The position numbers and the translations under genes are program-made. The notes below the pieces were generated by a model. The model saw nothing but the letters and a program-made list of their open reading frames with translations. It was not told the origin of the DNA and did no database searches. Source: Actinomycetes bacterium (GTDB lineage: Bacteria > Actinomycetota > Acidimicrobiia > Acidimicrobiales > CADCSY01). Taken from it: 64,000 bases of DNA. The DNA is taken from positions 56,085-120,084 of the forward strand of contig JANNOZ010000002.1 in the NCBI GenBank assembly GCA_031399525.1. Reading direction: 5' to 3'. This document shows positions 44,714 to 54,341 of this stretch, in pieces; position 1 is the first letter of the stretch; the number at the start of each line of letters is the position of its first letter.

Positions 44714-45124
44714 CTGGCTGTCGACGCCCACCCCGACCCCGAGGACATCGCGTTCCTCGAAGCTCGGGTCGGCGAGACGACCAGCGCCATCACCGGCTTC
44801 GGCGAACCGGCCGAGCTGGCCATCATCGAACGTGACGACGCCGGCGCCATCCGCGCCGGCGTCTTCGCGTGGACCTGGGGTGGGTGCTGCGAGATCCAGC
44901 ACATCTGGGTCGACGAGTCCTGGCGAGGTCGAGGCGTGGGCCGGCGACTCGTCGCCGAAGTCGAAGCCGAAGCACTCCGCCGGGGCTGTGGGCAGGCCGT
45001 GGTGTTCACCCATGCTGCGGTCGGCGGTGCGGTCTTCCGGGCCTGGGGGTACCGGGTCGTGGCTCGCCTCGAGGACTACCCAGTCGGCGACAGCGCCCTC
45101 TGGTTGGCCAAGCGACTGAGATGA
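44714..45124 (+). CDS. GNAT family acetyltransferase, apparently with a CTG start
   Basis: Open frame DAHPDPEDIAFLE...EIQHIWVDESWRGRGVGRRL...YPVG; no in-frame ATG/GTG/TTG before motif A; GAGGA SD 5 nt before CTG 44714. Confidence 0.75.
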   Translation: MAVDAHPDPEDIAFLEARVGETTSAITGFGEPAELAIIERDDAGAIRAGVFAWTWGGCCEIQHIWVDESWRGRGVGRRLVAEVEAEALRRGCGQAVVFTHAAVGGAVFRAWGYRVVARLEDYPVGDSALWLAKRLR

Positions 45125-45155
45125 CATGGAGCCACCCCGGTAGCGTGTCGACCCC

Positions 45156-45242
45156 ATGTCCAAGCGCACCAGCAAGCACAAGATGAAGGCCCGCAAGTCC
45201 AAGGCCAACCACGGCACCAAGCCCAACGCCGGTCGCGGCTGA
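45156..45242 (+). CDS. 50S ribosomal protein bL37-like, 28 aa (not in ORF track)
   Basis: MSKRTSKHKMKARKSKANHGTKPNAGRG resembles the mycobacterial bL37 motif KANHGKRPN. Confidence 0.85.
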   Translation: MSKRTSKHKMKARKSKANHGTKPNAGRG

Positions 45243-45261
45243 TCTTCGGGGCCCACCGACG

Positions 45262-47298
45262 ATGACCGTCGAGGTCGTCCACGGCGTCGAAGTCTCCGAC
45301 CCGTTTCGGTGGCTCGAAGACGGCGCCGACCCTGCCGTCGAGGCCTGGACCCGAGCCCGCGACGACGAAGCCCGACAACACCTCGACGGGTTGGGCACCC
45401 GATCGACCCTGCGAGACCGGTTCGACGAGCTTCTTCGGGTCCCGGTCACCCGGGCCCCCCAGGTCGCCGGACCGTGGCTGTTCACCCTCGACCGGACCGG
45501 TGACGCCGACCAACCTGTGCTGAGGGTGCGGCCGATCATCGACCCCGGCGCCATCCCTCGGGTGTTGGTCGATCCGGCGGCTGGGGTCGCCGACGCCACC
45601 GTGGCCCTCGACTGGTACCACCCGTCGCCCGACGGCGCCCTGGTGGCCTTCGGTACCTCCGAGGGCGGCGACGAGCAGAGCTCGCTACGCATCGTCGAGG
45701 TCGGCACCGGTGAGCTCCTCGACGACGTGATCGCCCGGACCCGAGCCGCGTCCGTGGCCTGGCTGCCCGACGCGTCGGCGTTCGGTTACACCCGCTACCC
45801 CGACCCGGCCGAGGTGGGCGCCGACGAGGCCAACTATCACCGGGCGCTGTGGTGGCACGTGGTGGGCTCGGACCCCACGGGCGACGAACTCCTCTTCGGC
45901 GACGACGACATGGGAGACGACCGGTCCGCCTGGCCCGACGTATCGGCCAGCCGCGACGGCCGGTGGCTGGTGATCCATGTTTCTCGGGGCTGGAGCCGCA
46001 CCGACGTTCACCTGATCGACCGGCACTCAGGCATCCGAACGACGGTCATCGAGGGCGTCGACGCCCGCACTGGCGTCGAGGTGGTGGGCGACCGGCTGCT
46101 GGGCACCACCACCCTCGACGCCCCCAAGGGTCGAGTGATCTCGGCGCCACTCACCGACCCGGCGGCCTGGACCACGGAAATCCCCGAGGGCGACACGGTG
46201 CTCGAGGGTGTCGTCGTCGCCGGCCAGTGGCTGCTCGTCGCCACCTCGGAGGTGGGCGTGAGCCACCTGCAGCGGGCCCCCTTCGACCCAGCCACGACGA
46301 CGGTGGGCGACCTCGAAGCGGTAGAGCTTCCGGCGGTCGGCACCTTGGGGGGCATCGATGCCGACCCGGCCCGAGCCGAGGCGTTCCTCGCCTTCGAGTC
46401 GGTGGCCCAGCCGTCCTCGCTGTGGCGCTGGACGCCAGAGAGTGGGGTGACGCCATGGGGGCCACTGACCGCTGGACTTTCCGATCCGTACGTGGTCGAG
46501 CAAGCCACCTACCCGTCGACCGACGGGGTCGAGATCCCCATGTTCTGGGTGCGCCGGGCCGACGTCACGCCCTCGGCGGAGACGCCGGTGGTGCTGGCCG
46601 GATACGGCGGCTTCGCCGTCGCCTACGGGCCCTCCTACAGCCCGCTGGCCGCAGTGGTCGCCGACGCCGGAGGCCTGTTCGCCGTGGCCGGCATCCGGGG
46701 CGGGTCCGAACACGGCGAGGAGTGGCATCTGGCCGGCACGCGAGCCAACAAGCAACAGGTGTTCGAAGACTTCTGCGCCGGGGCCGACTGGTTGGTGGAC
46801 CAGGGAATGACCAGCCGTGACCGACTGGCCATTCGAGGGGGCTCGAACGGCGGCTTGCTGGTGGCGGCCTGCCTCACCCAACGGCCGGACTTGTGCCGGG
46901 CCGTGCACTGCGCCGTGCCCCTCACCGACATGGTGCGCTACCACCGCTTCCTCATCGCCCGGCTGTGGATCCCCGAATACGGCGACCCCGACCAGCCCGA
47001 CGACTTCGCTTGGCTCCATGCCTATTCGCCCTATCACCACCTCGTCGACGGCACCTGCTACCCAGCCGTGCTGGTCACCACGGCCGAGGGTGACAGCCGG
47101 GTCGATCCGGCCCATGCCCGCAAGTTCGCCGCCCGCCTGGCCGAGGCCACGACCTGCGCCCAGGATCGCCCCGTTTTGTTGCGTACCGAGACGAGGGCCG
47201 GCCACGGCGCCGGCAAGCCGGTGTCCAAACAGGCCGACGAGCTGGCCGACGTGGCCGCCTTCCTCTTCGACCAGCTCGGGGTCACACTCGAGGGGTGA
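45262..47298 (+). CDS. Prolyl oligopeptidase (S9A)
   Basis: DPFRWLE, GYGGF, GGSNGGLL, EYGDP, DSRV, AGHGAG. Confidence 0.96.
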   Translation: MTVEVVHGVEVSDPFRWLEDGADPAVEAWTRARDDEARQHLDGLGTRSTLRDRFDELLRVPVTRAPQVAGPWLFTLDRTGDADQPVLRVRPIIDPGAIPRVLVDPAAGVADATVALDWYHPSPDGALVAFGTSEGGDEQSSLRIVEVGTGELLDDVIARTRAASVAWLPDASAFGYTRYPDPAEVGADEANYHRALWWHVVGSDPTGDELLFGDDDMGDDRSAWPDVSASRDGRWLVIHVSRGWSRTDVHLIDRHSGIRTTVIEGVDARTGVEVVGDRLLGTTTLDAPKGRVISAPLTDPAAWTTEIPEGDTVLEGVVVAGQWLLVATSEVGVSHLQRAPFDPATTTVGDLEAVELPAVGTLGGIDADPARAEAFLAFESVAQPSSLWRWTPESGVTPWGPLTAGLSDPYVVEQATYPSTDGVEIPMFWVRRADVTPSAETPVVLAGYGGFAVAYGPSYSPLAAVVADAGGLFAVAGIRGGSEHGEEWHLAGTRANKQQVFEDFCAGADWLVDQGMTSRDRLAIRGGSNGGLLVAACLTQRPDLCRAVHCAVPLTDMVRYHRFLIARLWIPEYGDPDQPDDFAWLHAYSPYHHLVDGTCYPAVLVTTAEGDSRVDPAHARKFAARLAEATTCAQDRPVLLRTETRAGHGAGKPVSKQADELADVAAFLFDQLGVTLEG

Positions 47299-47304
47299 GC
47301 CGGG

Positions 47305-49764
47305 TCAGAAGGCGGGCTTGGACTTGGTGGCGATCCCGACGGCCGGTGCGCTGAGCGAGCCCGCCGCCGATCCGTAGAACTGGGCGTCGCCGTAGGCGAA
47401 GATCCCGCCGTCGGCCGCGACCAGCCAGTAGCCCTGCCCGGTGGTGGTGGCCGAAACCCCGACGATCGGGCTGTTGAGGGTGATACCACCGGTCGAGCCG
47501 AAGAACTCGGCGTCGCCATAGGAGAAGATTCCTCCGTCGCTGGCCACCAACCAATAGCCGTCACCGGTCGGGGTCGACGCCATCCCCACCACGGGCCGGT
47601 TGAGAGCGATCGAGCCGGTCGACCCGAAGAACTCGGCGTCGCCATAGGAGAAGATCCCGCCGTCGCTGGCTACCAACCAGTAGCCCAGGCCCGTGGGGGT
47701 CGACGCCATGCCCACGATCGGCCGGTTCAACGCGATCGACCCGGTCGACCCGTAGAACTCGGCGTCGCCATAGGAGAAGATCCCACCGTCGCTGGCCACC
47801 AACCAATAGCCGTTGCCGGTCGGGGTCGACGCCATGCCCACGATCGGCCGGTTCAAGGCAATCGACCCGGTCGACCCGTAGAACTGCGCGTTGCCGAACG
47901 AGAAGATGCCGCCGTCACTGGCCACCAGCCAGTACCCGAAGCCGGCTGGCGTCGAGGCCATACCCACGATCGGCCGGTTGAGGGGGTAGCCACCGACCGA
48001 ACCGAAGAACAGGGCGTCGCCGTAGTTGAACACGCCACCGTCGGTGGAGACCACGTAGTAGCCCTTGGCCTCCCCGACGTACGCCCCCGACGACGCCGAC
48101 TCGGGACCATCGCCTGCCGCGTTTCGAGCCCGGACGGTGAACGTGTAGCTCACACCCACGGTGTAGACGGTGATCTCCAACCGCTGCGGGGTGGCCGGGA
48201 CGTCGAACTGGTAGTTGCCGGGAGAGACCGTGACCGTGTAGCCGGTGATGGCGCTGCCGTTGTCGGCCGGCGCAGTCCAGATCACGGTGACCGTGCTGCT
48301 CGTTTCGTCCGCGATGGCCGTCACGCCGGTGGGCGCCGCGGGCGGGGCCGCCGGGGTCGCCGACGCCGACGGGGCCGACTCGGGACCGGTGCCACCGCCG
48401 TTGGTCGCCCTGACCGTGAAGGTGTAGGCGGTGCCGGGGGCGAGACCGGGGAACTGGGCGGTCAGGACATTGCCGACCGACACCGTCGCTCCACCGGGCG
48501 TCGCCGTCACGGTGTAGCCGGTGATGGCCGCGCTGCCTGCCGGACTCGGCGCAGTCCAGGTGACCGTGGCGGTGGTCGAGTTCACCGGGATGGAAACCGC
48601 CACATTGCCCGGCGCGGCCGGGACCAACGTCAAGAGGTTGGAGTTGGCGCCCGAACTCTCTCCGATGGCGTTCACGGCCTTGACGGTGAAGGTGTAGCTG
48701 CTTCCGGCGGTGAGCCCGCTCACCGTCGCCGTGGTCCCGTCGACCACCACGGTCCCCCCACCAGTGACGGTGTACTCAGTGATCGGGCTGCCACCGTTGG
48801 ACGCTGGCGCGGTCCACGACAGCGATGCCCCGGTGGCGCCGTTGGCGGTGGCGGTCACCCCGGTGGGGTTCCCAGGCGCGGACGTGGAGTTGGTGGTCAC
48901 GCTGTCGGACGCGCCAGTGCCAAGGCCGTTCGCGTTCTCGGCCCGCACCGTGAAGGTGTACAGGGTGCCCGGGGTGAGCCCGGTGATGGCCGCGGTCGTG
49001 CCGGTGACCACCACAGCACCCCCACCGGTGACGGTGTAGCCGGTGATCGGGCTGCCACCGTTGGACGCCGGTGCGGTCCAGGACAGCGATGCCGTGGTGA
49101 AGCCAGCGCCGGTCAAGGTGGCGTCAACCCCGGTCGGAGCCCCGGGCACCGTCGATGACGTGGTGATCTGGTTCGACGCAGCCCCCGGGCCTTCGTCGAC
49201 CGCGTTCACGGCCGCGACCGTGAACGTGTATGACGTGTTGGCGGTGAGCCCGGTGATCGTCGCCGAGGTCCCGGTCACGTCGGCCGTGCCCCCTCCCGTC
49301 ACCGTGTAGGAAGTGATGGGAGACCCACCGTTAGAAGCCGGAGCCGTCCACGACACCGTCGCCGTGGTCTGGCCCGTCGCCGTCGCCGTCACGCTCGTCG
49401 GTGCTCCGGGCGCTGTGGCGGGATCGGTGGTGATCGGGTTCGAGTCGGCCCCAGGGCCGGGACCGTCGATGTTGATGGCACTGACCGTGAAGGTGTAGGA
49501 GGTGCCTCCCGTGAGGCCGGTGATCGTGGCCGAGGTCCCGGTCACGTCCGCCGTTCCGCCGCCGGTGACGGAGTAGGTGGTGATCGGCGATCCCCCGTCG
49601 TCGACCGGTGCTGTCCAGGTGACCGAGGCCGTCGTAATCCCGGTGGCGATGGCAGTGACGCCGGTCGGGGCGCCGGGGGGGGCGGCGGCGGCCCAGGGGG
49701 CGCCAATGAGGGAGGCGGAGATCAGGACGACTACGGCGAGCAGGGCCCGGGAAATGCGTTTCAT
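47305..49764 (-). CDS. Secreted protein with 6 fibronectin type III domains and 6 C-terminal 42-aa repeats
   Basis: Signal peptide; PGAPT..SWTAPASNGGSPIT.Y..YTFTV.A.N repeats; GYWLVASDGGIF repeats with 126-bp period. Confidence 0.93.
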   Translation of the reverse strand: MKRISRALLAVVVLISASLIGAPWAAAAPPGAPTGVTAIATGITTASVTWTAPVDDGGSPITTYSVTGGGTADVTGTSATITGLTGGTSYTFTVSAINIDGPGPGADSNPITTDPATAPGAPTSVTATATGQTTATVSWTAPASNGGSPITSYTVTGGGTADVTGTSATITGLTANTSYTFTVAAVNAVDEGPGAASNQITTSSTVPGAPTGVDATLTGAGFTTASLSWTAPASNGGSPITGYTVTGGGAVVVTGTTAAITGLTPGTLYTFTVRAENANGLGTGASDSVTTNSTSAPGNPTGVTATANGATGASLSWTAPASNGGSPITEYTVTGGGTVVVDGTTATVSGLTAGSSYTFTVKAVNAIGESSGANSNLLTLVPAAPGNVAVSIPVNSTTATVTWTAPSPAGSAAITGYTVTATPGGATVSVGNVLTAQFPGLAPGTAYTFTVRATNGGGTGPESAPSASATPAAPPAAPTGVTAIADETSSTVTVIWTAPADNGSAITGYTVTVSPGNYQFDVPATPQRLEITVYTVGVSYTFTVRARNAAGDGPESASSGAYVGEAKGYYVVSTDGGVFNYGDALFFGSVGGYPLNRPIVGMASTPAGFGYWLVASDGGIFSFGNAQFYGSTGSIALNRPIVGMASTPTGNGYWLVASDGGIFSYGDAEFYGSTGSIALNRPIVGMASTPTGLGYWLVASDGGIFSYGDAEFFGSTGSIALNRPVVGMASTPTGDGYWLVASDGGIFSYGDAEFFGSTGGITLNSPIVGVSATTTGQGYWLVAADGGIFAYGDAQFYGSAAGSLSAPAVGIATKSKPAF

Positions 49765-49817
49765 GAAACCTCTTGGAATCTCAGAAGGACCGACCTTCTA
49801 GCGAAACGATCAGGCGA

Positions 49818-50414
49818 TCACCAACGCCGAGACTCCCTCGCCTCCCGAATGAAGTAGGTGCCGTTGACCACTGCGACGATCAGCAGCACAAACGCCAGCA
49901 CGGCCACAGTGCTCGACGGGATGACCCGAGAGAGCAGACCCGGCTTGCCTTCGCCGCTCGTGCTGGAGGCCAGGGCCACCGCAGTGGTCGTCGAGGTCGT
50001 GGTCGGAGCGGCAGTGGTGACCGTCGTCGATGCGGGTACCACCGTCGTCACGGTGGTGGTCGGTGCGGGCGCCACCGTGGTGGTCGTTGCCGCTCGGACC
50101 GTAGTGGTCGTGCGGGGCCGGGTCGTGGTGGTCGCCAACGGCGTAGGGGCGGGATCTGCGGGAGCCGGTGCCGTCGTGGGAGCTGTGGTGGGGGCCGTAG
50201 TTGGCGCCGTGGTGGGGGCCGTCGTGGGTACCGGCGGAGGTGTCTCGCACTCGGGCTGGGGGATGCAGGCAGCACCTACGCCGGAGACGCCCAGTGACAT
50301 GGTCAGACCGAGTGCGCCGAGGGTCGCACACAGGACGACGACCGCCTTGCGGCGGCGCTGCCGGCGGACGGCATCCTCACGGATTGTGTGCGAGTCAGCG
50401 CGTTGGGTAGGCAT
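49818..50414 (-). CDS. Thr/Pro-rich surface protein with C-terminal TM anchor
   Basis: N-terminal hydrophobic helix, PTTA repeats, C-terminal TM followed by basic residues. Confidence 0.7.
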   Translation of the reverse strand: MPTQRADSHTIREDAVRRQRRRKAVVVLCATLGALGLTMSLGVSGVGAACIPQPECETPPPVPTTAPTTAPTTAPTTAPTTAPAPADPAPTPLATTTTRPRTTTTVRAATTTTVAPAPTTTVTTVVPASTTVTTAAPTTTSTTTAVALASSTSGEGKPGLLSRVIPSSTVAVLAFVLLIVAVVNGTYFIREARESRRW

Positions 50415-50495
50415 AGCTCCGCCCAAAAGGCTACTGACCCATCGGGCCGGTTGGAAGGGCGACGCCGGAGACGAACCGCGTAGCCTTCGCCACCC

Positions 50496-51107
50496 ATGCT
50501 CGACCACGTCTTCACCGACGCCATCGGCGCGCTGCGCGACGCTCTGGAGAACGCCCTCCTCGAACGTCAGGCCTTCGAGGAGCGATTCCAGATCGACGTC
50601 CTCCTCGGCGACGTCACTTGGGAAACCAGCTACGGCGTCCCCGGCGAAGGATCACCGCCCCGGGTCCGGGCCGACATCACCCTCGACTGGCCCACCTGGG
50701 CCCAGACCGCCTACCGCAGCTGGTACATCGGCGAGCCCTTCGAGGACCCGCCCGAGGTGATCGTTGAGGTCACCCTGCGCATCCAACGCCTGGCCGCCCG
50801 CCCCGAACCCGAGACCGTCCTGCGCGTCCTGCCCGAGGCCAGCCCCACCATCGGCGACGAGCAACTCGAACGGTCGCTGCCCACCATCGAGCAAGTCTTC
50901 GGCCCCGACCTCGACTCGAGCGAGTTCGCCATCGAGGTCTCCTACGAGGGCACGCTGCCCCTCGACGAGAGCACGCTGGCCGACGGATCGGTCCTCGACG
51001 AACGCTTCCGGGACATGGGCGGCTGGGTGGCGTCGACGCTCGTGCGCCTGGGCGACCTCGAGTTCGACTTCCTCCCCCCCGACGCCGAGCTCGACGAGAT
51101 GAGCTGA
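50496..51107 (+). CDS. Hypothetical protein
   Basis: Strong GC3-biased ORF; TAGCCT upstream of the ATG. Confidence 0.8.
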   Translation: MLDHVFTDAIGALRDALENALLERQAFEERFQIDVLLGDVTWETSYGVPGEGSPPRVRADITLDWPTWAQTAYRSWYIGEPFEDPPEVIVEVTLRIQRLAARPEPETVLRVLPEASPTIGDEQLERSLPTIEQVFGPDLDSSEFAIEVSYEGTLPLDESTLADGSVLDERFRDMGGWVASTLVRLGDLEFDFLPPDAELDEMS

Positions 51108-51128
51108 GCCGAGCCGAGCGACACTCAG

Positions 51129-51181
51129 TCGTTCTTCGGCGGATCGACCGCCGTTGAGGTGGTGGATCCGCCATAGAACGA
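51129..51181. repeat. REP-like imperfect palindrome between convergent genes
   Basis: TCGTTCT-tc-GGCGGATC-g-ACCGCC-gttga-GGTGGT-g-GATCCGCC-at-AGAACGA. Confidence 0.8.
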
Positions 51182-51201
51182 GAGCAGGGGCGAGCGGGGG
51201 C

Positions 51202-52191
51202 TCAGCCCAACAGGGGGGCGACCAGCTGGGCCAGCGACGTCTCGGGACGGGCCCCGACGTGGCCGATGACCTCGGCCGCGGCCATCGCTCCCAGCCGCCC
51301 GCAGGTCTCGAGATCGCGACCCGAAGTGAGACCGAAGAGGAACCCGGCGGCGAAGAGGTCGCCCGCACCGGTCGTGTCGACCACCCGATCGACCGGGACG
51401 GCTGGAATGTGGATCGCTCCGGCGGACGAGGCGATGGTGCACCCAGCGGCGCCTCGGGTCACGGCCACCACCTCGCAGGAGACCGACGCTTCGCGGATGG
51501 CGTCGTCGACGTCGTCGGTCTCGAACAGCGCGGTGATCTCGTCGGCGTTGGCAAACACGATGTCGGCGTCCTCTCGGACCATCTCTCGGAACACGTCCCG
51601 GAAGCGGTCGACGCAGAAGGAGTCCGACAGGGTGACGGCCACCTTGCGGTCAGCCCTGTGGGCCACCGCGGCGGCCTTGGCGAACGCCTCGGTCGCCGTC
51701 GACCCGTCGACCAGGTAACCCTCGAGGTAGGTCACCGCCGCCCGTTCGACGAGCGACTCGTCGACGTCGGCCGCGGACAGGGCGTTGGACTCGCCCAAGT
51801 AGGTGCTCATCGAACGCTCGGCGTCGGGGGTGACCACGATGAGACAGCGCCCAGTGGGAAGGCCACCCCTTGCCGGCGCCACCGGGAACTCGACGCCGAG
51901 AGCGGTGATGTCGTGGGCGAAGATCTGGCCGAGCACGTCGTCCGCCACCCGCCCGATGAAGCCACCCCGACCGCCCAACGAGGCCAAACCAGCCATGGTG
52001 TTGGCCGCCGAACCACCAGACGCCTCGATCCCGGGGCCCATGGCCCGGTACAGCGCTTCGGCCCGTTCGGTGTCGATCAGGGTCATCGACCCCTTCTCGA
52101 TGCCGTGGGTCACGACGAACGCATCGTCCTGGGCCGAGATGACGTCGACCAGCGCGTTGCCGACGCCGACCACGTGGAGGGGTGTTGACAC
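51202..52191 (-). CDS. PfkB family (adenosine-kinase-like) sugar kinase
   Basis: GNALVD, GGSAANT, LEGYL, DTTGAGDLFAAGFL. Confidence 0.93.
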   Translation of the reverse strand: MSTPLHVVGVGNALVDVISAQDDAFVVTHGIEKGSMTLIDTERAEALYRAMGPGIEASGGSAANTMAGLASLGGRGGFIGRVADDVLGQIFAHDITALGVEFPVAPARGGLPTGRCLIVVTPDAERSMSTYLGESNALSAADVDESLVERAAVTYLEGYLVDGSTATEAFAKAAAVAHRADRKVAVTLSDSFCVDRFRDVFREMVREDADIVFANADEITALFETDDVDDAIREASVSCEVVAVTRGAAGCTIASSAGAIHIPAVPVDRVVDTTGAGDLFAAGFLFGLTSGRDLETCGRLGAMAAAEVIGHVGARPETSLAQLVAPLLG

Positions 52192-52325
52192 GGCCGAAGA
52201 ACGTAGCGGCCGGGGCGCGGTGTGGGGCCCTTGGGCCCATGCTCACAGGCCCGATGCCCTTTCGAGACCCACTCGACGCGCTGTTAGCGTTGACGAACCA
52301 CCACTCCGTCACAGGGGAGCGAGCG

Positions 52326-53447
52326 ATGACTGCCACCGAGATCCCGGCCAAGGTCGACACCGAGAAGTACCCGCAGCTCAGCGGGTTCGACCATCTCGAA
52401 TGGTGGGTCGGCAATGCCCGCCACTCGGCCGCCTTCTTCGAATCCACCCTCGGCTTCGAGGTGGTGGGTTACAGCGGCCCCGAAACCGGCCAGCGCGACA
52501 CGATGTCCTACGCCCTGCGCCAGGGGAACATCCAGTTCGTGGTCACCGGATCGCTGCGCCCCGACGACGCCATCGCCGAGGCGGTGCGTCGCCACGGGGA
52601 CGGCGTGCGTGACGTCGCCTTCATCGCCGACGATGCGGAAGAGGCCTTCAACCGAGCGGTGGCCAACGGGGCCAAGCCAGTCGACGAGCCGTTCACGCTC
52701 GAAGACGCCCAGGGTGTGGTGAAGCGGGCCAGCGTGGCCGCTTACGGCGACACCATTCATTCGTTCATCCAGCGCCAGGACTACGCCGGCGAGTTCCTCC
52801 CCCACTTCGAGGCGGTGAACCTTCGCAGCGAGGGCCCAGCGGTCGGCCTGGGCACGATCGACCACGTGGTGGCCAACATCGAGCGGGGCCACCTCGACGA
52901 GTGGGTTGGTTACTACCGCGACGTGTTCGGCATGGCCCGCATCCTGCACTTCGACGACGAGCAGATCTCCACCGAGTACTCGGCGCTCATGTCCAGCGTG
53001 GTGTCCAACGGCAACCGGATCACCATGCCGATCAACGAGCCGGCCGACGGGCGCAAGAAGAGCCAGATCGAGGAGTACCTCGACTACTACGGCTCGGCCG
53101 GCGTCCAGCACGTGGCCATGCTCACCCACGACATCGTGACCGCAGTCAAGGCACTGCGGCGCCGAGGCCTGCGTTTCATGGACATCCAGGACACCTACTA
53201 CGAAGACGCCAAGGTGCGTATGGCCGATTACGACATCCCCTGGGATGACGCCGAGGCCGAGATGATCCTCGTCGACGAGGACCCGTGGGGCCACCTCCTA
53301 CAGATCTTCACCGAGAACGTGGCCAGCCGTCCGACCGCCTTCTTCGAGGTCATCGAACGCCACGGAGCCCAGACGTTCGGTGAGGGCAACTTCAAGGCGC
53401 TGTTCGAATCGATCGAGCGAGCCCAGGCTCGGCGCGGCAACCTCTAG
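52326..53447 (+). CDS. hppD: 4-hydroxyphenylpyruvate dioxygenase
   Basis: HGDGVRD, IDHVVAN, SQIEEYL, GVQHVA, LLQIFT, FGEGNFKALFESIE. Confidence 0.96.
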   Translation: MTATEIPAKVDTEKYPQLSGFDHLEWWVGNARHSAAFFESTLGFEVVGYSGPETGQRDTMSYALRQGNIQFVVTGSLRPDDAIAEAVRRHGDGVRDVAFIADDAEEAFNRAVANGAKPVDEPFTLEDAQGVVKRASVAAYGDTIHSFIQRQDYAGEFLPHFEAVNLRSEGPAVGLGTIDHVVANIERGHLDEWVGYYRDVFGMARILHFDDEQISTEYSALMSSVVSNGNRITMPINEPADGRKKSQIEEYLDYYGSAGVQHVAMLTHDIVTAVKALRRRGLRFMDIQDTYYEDAKVRMADYDIPWDDAEAEMILVDEDPWGHLLQIFTENVASRPTAFFEVIERHGAQTFGEGNFKALFESIERAQARRGNL

Positions 53448-53463
53448 AACCTGTCTCCACAGG

Positions 53464-53494
53464 CGGGGGGCGGGCTATCTCGGCCCGCCCCCCG
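53464..53494 (+). terminator. GC-rich hairpin after hppD
   Basis: CGGGGGGCGGGC-7nt-GCCCGCCCCCCG, no U tract. Confidence 0.55.
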
Positions 53495-53540
53495 TCGCGT
53501 TAGGGTGCGCCCTCCGTCACCCTTCTTGGAGGAATCGAAC

Positions 53541-53936
53541 ATGTTGCAGCTCTCCCTGGCCCTCGAACTCGTGCAGGCCACCCTCAAGGCGGCCGAGGCG
53601 GCCGAGTTCAAGGCCGCCGTGGTCGTCGTCGACACCGCCGGCAACGTCGTGGCCTCGGCTCGGGCCGACGGTCTGGCCTTCCCCAACTACAACGCCGCCT
53701 ACCGCAAGGCCCGGACCTCGGGGATCATGGGAGCCCCGACCCACGTACTGGCCGACTTCCTCAACCAGGATCCGCTGATTGCCGCGGCCATGGCCAAGGA
53801 CCCAGACATCTTCCTGCTGCCCGGCGGCCTGCCCATCGTCGTCGAGGGCGTCCCGGTCGGCGGCCTCGGCGTGGCCGGCGCCCACTACTCCCAGGATCAG
53901 GCGGCTGCCGAGGCCGGCCTGGCTTCGATCGCCTGA
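53541..53936 (+). CDS. GlcG/HbpS family heme-binding protein
   Basis: VVVVDTAG...RADG, AYRKARTS, GGLPIVVEG..GGLGVAG..QD. Confidence 0.92.
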   Translation: MLQLSLALELVQATLKAAEAAEFKAAVVVVDTAGNVVASARADGLAFPNYNAAYRKARTSGIMGAPTHVLADFLNQDPLIAAAMAKDPDIFLLPGGLPIVVEGVPVGGLGVAGAHYSQDQAAAEAGLASIA

Positions 53937-53987
53937 CCATCGCGCCCCGGCCGGTAACGGCTCGAACATCACGACGAACTCGACGAG

Positions 53988-54013
53988 AGAGCGGGCCCTA
54001 CGGGGCCCGCTCT
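53988..54013 (+). terminator. Hairpin with cUACGg tetraloop
   Basis: AGAGCGGGCCC-TACG-GGGCCCGCTCT. Confidence 0.65.
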
Positions 54014-54071
54014 GGGTATGCGACGCTGGGGCCCCCTGGCCACCGGGCCGGGTCGACCCAAGGAGTCCGCC

Positions 54072-54341
54072 ATGAGCGACACACCCGCTGACGACGAAGA
54101 CATCGACTCGGTCGAGGTCATCACCGCCGCCGTGACCGACGACGGCACCTTCATCGAAGACGACCTCGTCGCCCTGCTCGACGAGGAAGGAGATGTCGTC
54201 GCCACCGAGGAGACCATCACCATCGCCACCGCCGACGGGGACATCCTCATCGACGAAACACTGTCGGTGGTCGACGAGGACGGAGATCTCGTACCCCTCA
54301 GCGAGGAAGTCACCCTCATCGAGATCGGCGACGAGAACTAG
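54072..54341 (+). CDS. Small hyper-acidic hypothetical protein
   Basis: AAGGAG SD; 89 aa, about one third D/E, no K/R/H. Confidence 0.8.
   Translation: MSDTPADDEDIDSVEVITAAVTDDGTFIEDDLVALLDEEGDVVATEETITIATADGDILIDETLSVVDEDGDLVPLSEEVTLIEIGDEN

Noticed and set aside
47305-48065. 126-bp tandem repeat as an array or mobile repeat
   Set aside because: In-frame protein repeats with synonymous variation.
53444-53458. CTAGAACCTGTCTCC resembling an IS5-family end
   Set aside because: No partner inverted repeat or transposase found.
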